From: Cyanobacteria bacterium P01_A01_bin.123
Lineage (GTDB): Bacteria; Cyanobacteriota; Cyanobacteriia; Phormidesmidales; Phormidesmidaceae
Assembly: GCA_039815185.1 (NCBI GenBank)
Contig: JBCBZT010000024.1
Location: 48,670-112,669, forward strand
DNA: 64,000 bases
Reading direction: 5' to 3'
Shown: positions 57,794 to 64,000 of the stretch, piece after piece
Layout of the letters: each line of letters opens with the position of its first letter
How positions within the stretch are numbered: position 1 is the stretch's first letter
The notes under the pieces: generated by a model
Told to the model about the DNA's origin: nothing
Databases searched by the model: none
What the model saw: only the letters and a program-made list of their open reading frames with translations
Position numbers and translations under genes: made by a program

Positions 57794-60355
57794 ATGTCTC
57801 AATCTGTATATGATCTTGGTCAAGCTATTATTAACGCTGGAAATAGTCATCAAACGATTGTTCTAGACAAATCTGCTAGCTTAACTCATAACTTAGAAGT
57901 TCCATCAAATATTCATCTAATTGTACGGCGCAATGGTCTGATCAATCTGTGTGGATATCAACTGAAAATTAAAGGACAGTTTGAGGCAGGATTTGCTCAA
58001 GCTTTCAGTTATACCAATCCTCAGCATTCTTTTCTCGAAACAGAACGGGTTATTTTTAAGGCGCGTTCCGTTGAGCGAGTCATTTCTACTTGGTTTGGCA
58101 CTCATCCTGATAATGACGATAACTCATCTGCATTACAGCGGGCGATCGACTCAGCCTATGCTATCTGCAAAGTTTATATCCCTAGCGGTATTTACAAAAT
58201 AAAAGATACAATTCATCTGGCAAAACACCGACGTACAGGGCAGCAAGGATTTTTTGGTTTTCAACAATTTATTTTAGAAGGTGCAAGCCGAACACAGGGT
58301 GCCACACTCTTGGATGGCACAGCGGAAGAAGAGTTTAATATCGCTGCCACAGTATTGGAGTACGATCGCCCAGAGAAAGATCGTCCGCTGATCAATATTC
58401 AATTTGCTATCGGTACGATTCTGCGAGATTTACGTTTAGATGGAGGGTTGTCCAAATCAGTTGAAGAGGGACGCAATGGCAAAAGACCCAATCGTGATTA
58501 TTGGATTGAGTCTCCAGATTTGGTGCAACGGCATAACCCCTACTGTGCAGTAGCAACAGATGCGTATGTTGGAATTGTAGGCTCTAATTCAGACCTGACA
58601 TACCCGACTGATTCAGCAAAAGGGGTGATCTATGAAGAATCTGGCAGCGGAAGCCAGGATATTTTGTTAGAACGGGTGGCAGTGTTTAATTTTGGCGTTG
58701 GTGTTGCCATTGCCCCTGCTGGAATCGGGCAAACAGGCGGAACTGCTCAAAATGATGCAATCTATCTCAATCAGTGCCGATTTGATGGCTGTACCTACAG
58801 CGTAGCCATTGGATCAACTCAGGCTCGGGCTTGTCATATCAATAACTCGTCCTTTTACCGAGCATTTGCCGCAATTACAACGGTTGATTTTGGAATAGGT
58901 TCGGCATCGTTGCTGAACCTAACCTCTAATCAGTATAAAGATTGTCGAATGCTATATCGCCTGACATCATCATCAGCTGGTCCATGCCAGATTTCGGGAG
59001 ACTACTGCGAAAACGTAATTCGTCTGGGAAATTTCGGATTGATTAGTTCGACAGGTGGATTCGTTTCCACAGTTTCGTTTAGTGGCTGTAACTTTAACTT
59101 TAGCAATGTAGAGACCCCAGATTTTGGAACATTAGGATTAATTGTCAACAATACTACGGTGTTGAACTTTCAAGGATGTACATTTCAAAGCTATGGTCCA
59201 TCTGTAACCAGTGGCGATAAGACAGTTCTAGCATCTCCGATCTCAGAACTACATTTACTCTCCACTTCGCCAGGATTTTCAAAATTTATTTTTGATGGAT
59301 GCAGTTTCCGCTTTCCTGATGTGGAAAATCCTAAAAATGTGGGCCAACGGATGATGCCAGGAAAACCTCCTATTCGAGTTATTCCCTACTCCAATCCTTA
59401 CTTTTTTAACCACATGAAGAGCGATGTGTCGTTTAGGGATTGTGTCGCCTGGACCGCAGGCAGCCCATACTCGATTCAGCTATCGAATGACTTACCCATA
59501 TATCTAGAGACAGTACAACCCAAACGGATTCCCATTCATTGGAGTACAGAGTCTCTGAAAGTTTCAGGTGGTGTATACGGGAATCAACCGTTAGCGTTGA
59601 GAAATACGCTAAGGGGGGATGACCCAAATCGAATCGTCAGTTTGCCTATTATTAAAGTCAATTCAATTGCCATAGATACAAATACTGCTAGAGATGACTA
59701 CCATCAAAGGCTATTGATTGATACGACAGACGATGCTGATTTATGTGTAGGCGATCGCCTATTTTGGCTATCTCGATTTGACTTTGGTGAAGGGAGTTAT
59801 GCAGATTTAAGACCAGGACGTGAAATTGAGGAGATCACAACGGATTTATATCCTGCATCTGCGCCCGTATTTGTTGTAACCCACCTGCGAGAAGATGATG
59901 ACGGCAATGGAATATGGATAGCCGAAATCCCAGCTGATCAATCCGGTAACCCTCGGATTCCCTATCGAGATGAGATTTTCCCGTTGGCTGTGACTGAAAC
60001 AGAAACAACGGAATCGGATAGTCACAAAAAGGCGGAGTATTTAACCAAGGCAATTATTATGCCTCGTTCTGATTTTAGAGAACCGGAAAACTCTCAGTAC
60101 TATGTAATTTTGAATGGTTCAGTTCAGGGAAGATTTATGCATGGCTCAACTATGGTCACAGGTGTGACCAATATACATTTGTTGGAGGAGGGAGATTTTG
60201 TCAATCAGGACTACGTGCCTTCAGGAACCCGAATTAAAGATATCGATACAGATAAGTTAGCAATTGAGCTAACTCGACCTGTCGAGATTCCTGTTTCAAT
60301 GGGAAATGAATCGGTTGTAGATCACGTCCCGTTTTGTTATGCTGTGTCTGCTTAA
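57794..60355 (+). CDS. Right-handed beta-helix (pectate lyase 3 / tailspike-like) protein
   Basis: WFG....DDNSSALQRAID....VYIPSGIYKI cap motif; F.GC.F stacks; C-terminal GST.VTGV...G..VPSGT.I..ID module. Confidence 0.75.
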   Translation: MSQSVYDLGQAIINAGNSHQTIVLDKSASLTHNLEVPSNIHLIVRRNGLINLCGYQLKIKGQFEAGFAQAFSYTNPQHSFLETERVIFKARSVERVISTWFGTHPDNDDNSSALQRAIDSAYAICKVYIPSGIYKIKDTIHLAKHRRTGQQGFFGFQQFILEGASRTQGATLLDGTAEEEFNIAATVLEYDRPEKDRPLINIQFAIGTILRDLRLDGGLSKSVEEGRNGKRPNRDYWIESPDLVQRHNPYCAVATDAYVGIVGSNSDLTYPTDSAKGVIYEESGSGSQDILLERVAVFNFGVGVAIAPAGIGQTGGTAQNDAIYLNQCRFDGCTYSVAIGSTQARACHINNSSFYRAFAAITTVDFGIGSASLLNLTSNQYKDCRMLYRLTSSSAGPCQISGDYCENVIRLGNFGLISSTGGFVSTVSFSGCNFNFSNVETPDFGTLGLIVNNTTVLNFQGCTFQSYGPSVTSGDKTVLASPISELHLLSTSPGFSKFIFDGCSFRFPDVENPKNVGQRMMPGKPPIRVIPYSNPYFFNHMKSDVSFRDCVAWTAGSPYSIQLSNDLPIYLETVQPKRIPIHWSTESLKVSGGVYGNQPLALRNTLRGDDPNRIVSLPIIKVNSIAIDTNTARDDYHQRLLIDTTDDADLCVGDRLFWLSRFDFGEGSYADLRPGREIEEITTDLYPASAPVFVVTHLREDDDGNGIWIAEIPADQSGNPRIPYRDEIFPLAVTETETTESDSHKKAEYLTKAIIMPRSDFREPENSQYYVILNGSVQGRFMHGSTMVTGVTNIHLLEEGDFVNQDYVPSGTRIKDIDTDKLAIELTRPVEIPVSMGNESVVDHVPFCYAVSA

Positions 60356-60768
60356 ACCTCAGTCTCAGAGCGATTTCAGCACTTGTATTGATTCGATTTC
60401 TCCTCGCGTACCTTCGGTTAGGCAACCAGCTTTGTCAAGTATGTAGCTCCTAAGCAAAATGGCTAGCATAACCCAACACCCATCACACCAACCAACAAGC
60501 GATCACGCATCTTACAGCATTGCGATGCGTCAATCTGCCAGCTGGCATCTGTAGTTTGAATAATTTGGGCGATCGCATTGCGTAACAATACAAAGCGCAC
60601 CGATTGAATCAAAGACTCTCAGTTGGGTTGGCACTAACCTTCTATCAGCGAAAACCGGTTCCATTTCTGGCCTGTTTCTCAGAACCCAGAACAACAAAAA
60701 AGGCTTTAGGTTTCGCTCTTCAACCACAACCTACACAGACTCACGTTTAATTGTTACCATTTGACCTA

Positions 60769-61041
60769 TTACTTCTTTGCGACAGCTTTCCTACGATGTC
60801 GCCGCTGATTGCTCAGCAAGCTCGCTTGATACGCCTCAATCGCTCTCAAATGAGCCGCCGGATTCTGCCGATTGTGCAGCCAGTCGCGAATCAGTTCTAG
60901 GTTGTAGCGGATGCAGCGACTATTGATGCGCACCCAATGGATCCCTTCAATCCAGTCCCCTTGGAGCCGATACTTCTTCAGGGTGGAACTGCTGAGATTG
61001 AGACATTCCGTGGCTTGCCGCTTGCTGACGAAGAGAAGCAT
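60769..61041 (-). CDS. Excisionase-like HTH DNA-binding protein
   Basis: SKRQATECLNLSSSTLKKYR...WIEGIHW...IRYNLELIRDW; ATG at 61041. Confidence 0.75.
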   Translation of the reverse strand: MLLFVSKRQATECLNLSSSTLKKYRLQGDWIEGIHWVRINSRCIRYNLELIRDWLHNRQNPAAHLRAIEAYQASLLSNQRRHRRKAVAKK

Positions 61042-61171
61042 GGCTTTGTCCTCTGAATGGGGTGGGGAGGTAGGGGGAGTGGGAGATGGGGGGATGGGGG
61101 GATACTTGCCCTGAGCGGAGTCAAAGGGGGGGAGTGAGGGAAGCAACTCTTTGAGAGGTTGCGACCTAGTC

Positions 61172-61600
61172 TTATTGACCTAAGTCCTGTTCCGATTTCT
61201 GCTGTATGTCTTGGCTGCGCTGACGTTGGCCTTTTTGAGTTCCCTGCAACTGCTGCATCGCTTTCATCACGGTGGAGCGGACGTATTGGCTCATGGGAGC
61301 TAAGGGGACTTTGTTGACATGCACTTGGTGTTGTAAATAGGGACTCTGATGCAAAATGCCGGAAACGGCTTTGGGTGAAAAGCCTGCTTTGAGGGTGGCT
61401 TGGGCGACGGCATCATCGAGTTTGAGAGCGGCCCAGTCGTTTTCGGCGAAGCGTTGGTAGAGGGTGGCGTAGTCCAGTGTGGCTTCGCCTGTCACTCGCC
61501 GAGCATACTCTAGGTAGTGCTGACGGGCTTGGCGTCCAGGTTCGTTGTCGGGTTCTTTGGGTTGGAAAGCCATAGAAAGCACGCCAGAAATACTAACCAA
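61172..61600 (-). CDS. Plasmid-type hypothetical protein
   Basis: Co-oriented with ParM; helical, QSPY motif, ends in Q-rich tail. Confidence 0.7.
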   Translation of the reverse strand: MVSISGVLSMAFQPKEPDNEPGRQARQHYLEYARRVTGEATLDYATLYQRFAENDWAALKLDDAVAQATLKAGFSPKAVSGILHQSPYLQHQVHVNKVPLAPMSQYVRSTVMKAMQQLQGTQKGQRQRSQDIQQKSEQDLGQ

Positions 61601-61619
61601 TTATAACCAAAGATGGTAC

Positions 61620-62117
61620 TCAAGCCGCGATCGCAGCCTCATCTAATAAATCCCCAAACAACGCATCTTCATCAAAATCCACTCCTTCCGCATCATCGAT
61701 GTCACTTGAACTGACTGTGGTTGTGGTCTGAGCAGTTGGCATCGTAGCCCCCGTCGCCAATAACTGCTGCATTGCTTCACTCACCGCTTGCCGAATCTCC
61801 TGCTTAAGATCTGGGGTTACTGTCGTTGCCTGAGACTGTTCGAGTCCAAAGGTTTCACAAATCAGCTCAATCTGTTGGGTGAGGGCAATGATTGATTCTT
61901 GGGCGATCGCTTTGAGCTCTGTTGCCGATAGCTCACCTTGCTCTTGATAAGCAAAGGGTTTCCAGAAGGCCATCATGGCATCGCTACCTTTATGCTTACC
62001 CGTGCGACTGGGGAAATGGGGATTCTTCAGTAGATACTGGAAGGTTTCCCCCACAGCTGAATCGAGATCAGCGTTGTAGGCAAATTGGATACGTTGGCGA
62101 GCGTTGGGGTCAGACAT
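61620..62117 (-). CDS. Hypothetical protein, candidate ParM partner
   Basis: Directly downstream of ParM; acidic disordered C-terminus. Confidence 0.7.
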   Translation of the reverse strand: MSDPNARQRIQFAYNADLDSAVGETFQYLLKNPHFPSRTGKHKGSDAMMAFWKPFAYQEQGELSATELKAIAQESIIALTQQIELICETFGLEQSQATTVTPDLKQEIRQAVSEAMQQLLATGATMPTAQTTTTVSSSDIDDAEGVDFDEDALFGDLLDEAAIAA

Positions 62118-62175
62118 AGGTTAAGAGCGGAAAGCGGAGAACGGAGGGCGGAAGCAGCAAAACGGAAGCAGAAAC

Positions 62176-63303
62176 TTAGGCTGGAACGGGATTGAGTTTA
62201 CCGAGTAAGCCTTGGAAAAGGCCGTAGCAGTCCGCCATTCGCAGGGGGAGGGCAGCTTGGGTAGCAGCTTCAGGGAGTGGGTCGGTGATGTTGGTTAGGG
62301 CAGGTTGTAAGTCATGAGCGAAGTTAATGCGCTCGGTTAGCCCTAAGTCTTGGAAATAGGTAGTGAGCTGCGATCGCAGGCCATAAGCTGCCCCACCACT
62401 CAAGACAATATCAACATTGCTTTCCGAAAGCTGGCTGAGCAGATTGTCTTGTAAGTAGACCTTGATTGCACTCCAATAGGTTTGCTGCACCGCTTGAACA
62501 GTTTCGCTAAAGTCATACAACCCTGCTCGGGATTGAGAGATTTGCTGCATGGTCTCTGTGGTTAGGGCTGAGAGTAAGGCCGGATAATCGGTGGGTGTCA
62601 CCCCAAGGGCGCGAGTGGCTTTTTCAAAGGCAGGCCAGAAGCCAGGGCCGTCAGAATTGGAGTGAGCCATTTTGAGGGAACCACCTTCAAAACACAACAG
62701 CGACAGGTTCCGATGCCCCATCATGACAATTAATGTACGTCGTTGCTCGATATTGTAACCAAGATTATCCAGTTGTTTTTTACGGCTGAGATAGAGTCCA
62801 AAGGCTTCGGGAAAGAATTTGAGGCTCAAAGTAACCCGCTGAGATTTGCCGCGAAACCGGAACTCTTGTTGGTTCAGGGTAGAGAGTTTAGCCGCAATCG
62901 CCTCCCGAGTTCTAATCTCAGTCAGGGGCAAAGCAATCCAAACGGTGGCGTTATAGGTCGAGGGGAGATTTTCTAACTCTGCGATCGCGCCCAAAGCAGC
63001 TAAAACCTTGTAAGCCGCTTTGTCAGCCTTGTTAGCTGTCAAGCTATTCGCATCAAGAAAAGCTTTAGCGGCAGGGCCAACCAAAACCACTTCATCACCC
63101 AGTTGTAACCAAGCACTGTCTTGGGGACGTCCGCCTGCATTGAGACTAGGCAGGGCAGTGACGGTCAGATTATCCGCGACTTCTGCCCCCATCCAAAGGG
63201 GTTGAACAATACCAGAGGCATTGCGGTAGAAGAATTTAGAAGCTGAGGTGCCTAAGTCACCTGCTAAAGCGATCGCGGGAGAGTTCAGACTTGTCGAGGT
63301 CAT
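62176..63303 (-). CDS. parM: ParM/StbA family actin-like ATPase
   Basis: GDLGTSASK, FPEAFG, MMGHRN, SGGAA motifs. Confidence 0.85.
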   Translation of the reverse strand: MTSTSLNSPAIALAGDLGTSASKFFYRNASGIVQPLWMGAEVADNLTVTALPSLNAGGRPQDSAWLQLGDEVVLVGPAAKAFLDANSLTANKADKAAYKVLAALGAIAELENLPSTYNATVWIALPLTEIRTREAIAAKLSTLNQQEFRFRGKSQRVTLSLKFFPEAFGLYLSRKKQLDNLGYNIEQRRTLIVMMGHRNLSLLCFEGGSLKMAHSNSDGPGFWPAFEKATRALGVTPTDYPALLSALTTETMQQISQSRAGLYDFSETVQAVQQTYWSAIKVYLQDNLLSQLSESNVDIVLSGGAAYGLRSQLTTYFQDLGLTERINFAHDLQPALTNITDPLPEAATQAALPLRMADCYGLFQGLLGKLNPVPA

Positions 63304-63462
63304 AGTCGATCCTCAAACGCTACAGTTTCACCCTAGCAGATATCGAACCAAATGGGATATAAATGGTTAAATAATCTTATTCCTCAAGTAATTTTTGCAG
63401 GATATTGGTTAGATTGGGTTTCAAGAATTGATTCCTGGCTGCGCCCTTGGGGGCTCCGCAGA

Positions 63463-63525
63463 GGTCACACACTACGCCCACTTGGGCCAATAAAACGCCG
63501 TAAACCCTTCTCAGAGAGCGTTTTA
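63463..63525 (-). promoter_or_regulatory. Candidate oriT / nic region
   Basis: Minus strand GCCCA-AG-TGGGC hairpin followed by GTAGTGTGTG; TAAAACGC...GCGTTTTA IR; lies between divergent parM and relaxase. Confidence 0.5.
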
Positions 63526-63550
63526 GTGATTTTTACTTCAGGCTTTTATC

Positions 63551-64000
63551 ATGCTGTCCATGAGCAACGTCTCTGCATCTCAGGCAGAGAATTATTACGA
63601 AAAGGATGACTACTACACTCAAGGCCCCACTGAAACGGAGAGTCAGGGGGATGCCAAGTGGTTTGGTAAAGGTGCGGCTGCGTTGGGCCTGGTTGGTGCG
63701 GTGGATAAGCCTACATTCCAAAAGCTGCTGCAAGGTCAGAGTCCTCAAGGTCAATCACTTCATGGCAGACGAATTGATCCAGCTAAGCACCGAGCCGCGA
63801 CGGACTATACTTTTTCTGCCCCTAAGGCGGTGTCGATTGCGGGACTGATTCAGCGAGACGATCGTGTGATTGTGGCCCATGATCAAGCAGTTAAAACAGC
63901 AATATCTGTTTTAGAGGAACGCTATGCCCAAACTCGCGTGAGAACTGAGCAAGGTAGACAGCGGATGATGACGGGCAACGTTGTGGCGGCTGTGTTTCGC
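63551..64000 (+). CDS. MobF (TrwC/TraI-type) relaxase, 5' part (absent from ORF track)
   Basis: MLSMSNVSASQAENYYEKDDYY...W.GKGA..LGL.G.V...DYTFSAPKAVSI...AH..AV; open to the window edge. Confidence 0.93.
   Translation, partial: MLSMSNVSASQAENYYEKDDYYTQGPTETESQGDAKWFGKGAAALGLVGAVDKPTFQKLLQGQSPQGQSLHGRRIDPAKHRAATDYTFSAPKAVSIAGLIQRDDRVIVAHDQAVKTAISVLEERYAQTRVRTEQGRQRMMTGNVVAAVFR

Larger units (their letters stand above)
42131..64000. mobile_element. tRNA-Gly-integrated mobilisable element / genomic island (right end beyond window)
   Basis: Integrase beside the tRNA 3' end; Xis-like HTH, ParM and MobF relaxase; AT-rich cargo. Confidence 0.8.

Noticed and set aside
61042..61146. Pro-rich N-terminal extension of the Xis-like ORF
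   Set aside because: Translation of G-rich intergenic repeats; ATG at 61041 has a GAGG RBS
63352..63848. Short ORFs around the relaxase start
   Set aside because: They overlap the oriT region and the MobF frame starting at 63551
42131..64000. Second att copy of the tRNA 3' end
   Set aside because: Not found by eye in the window; the right boundary is presumably downstream

Overview
Chromosomal window from a filamentous-type cyanobacterium: it has petCA, chlH, a ccmK3-like gene and many HIP1 GCGATCGC octamers. Positions 1-42 kb are mostly core genes. They also include (i) a LarA-like enzyme / AEC transporter / solute-binding protein / two Cache sensors with no output domain, (ii) an 11.8-18.8 kb mosaic of toxin-antitoxin remnants, Uma2, an orphan ccmK3-like gene and a REP-associated transposase, with an exactly HIP1-bounded 395-bp duplication, and (iii) an FGE/SUMF1-like lipoprotein beside a (DPCAA)8 cysteine-repeat lipopeptide. 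From tRNA-Gly(CCC) at 42059 to the window end lies an integrative mobilisable element with a tyrosine integrase, an excisionase-like HTH, ParM, a candidate oriT and a MobF relaxase that the ORF track missed. Its cargo includes two convergent pentapeptide-repeat paralogues whose 5' ends form a near-identical inverted repeat (possible invertible cassette), a tape-measure/WD40 deletion scar, and an HTH-NB-ARC-WD40 STAND protein. The STAND gene's neighbouring promoters carry 11-bp-phased YCNGACTT-like repeats, in front of a 173-aa gene and of a large putative toxin followed by a tailspike-like beta-helix protein. All family calls are by eye from motifs; no searches were run.
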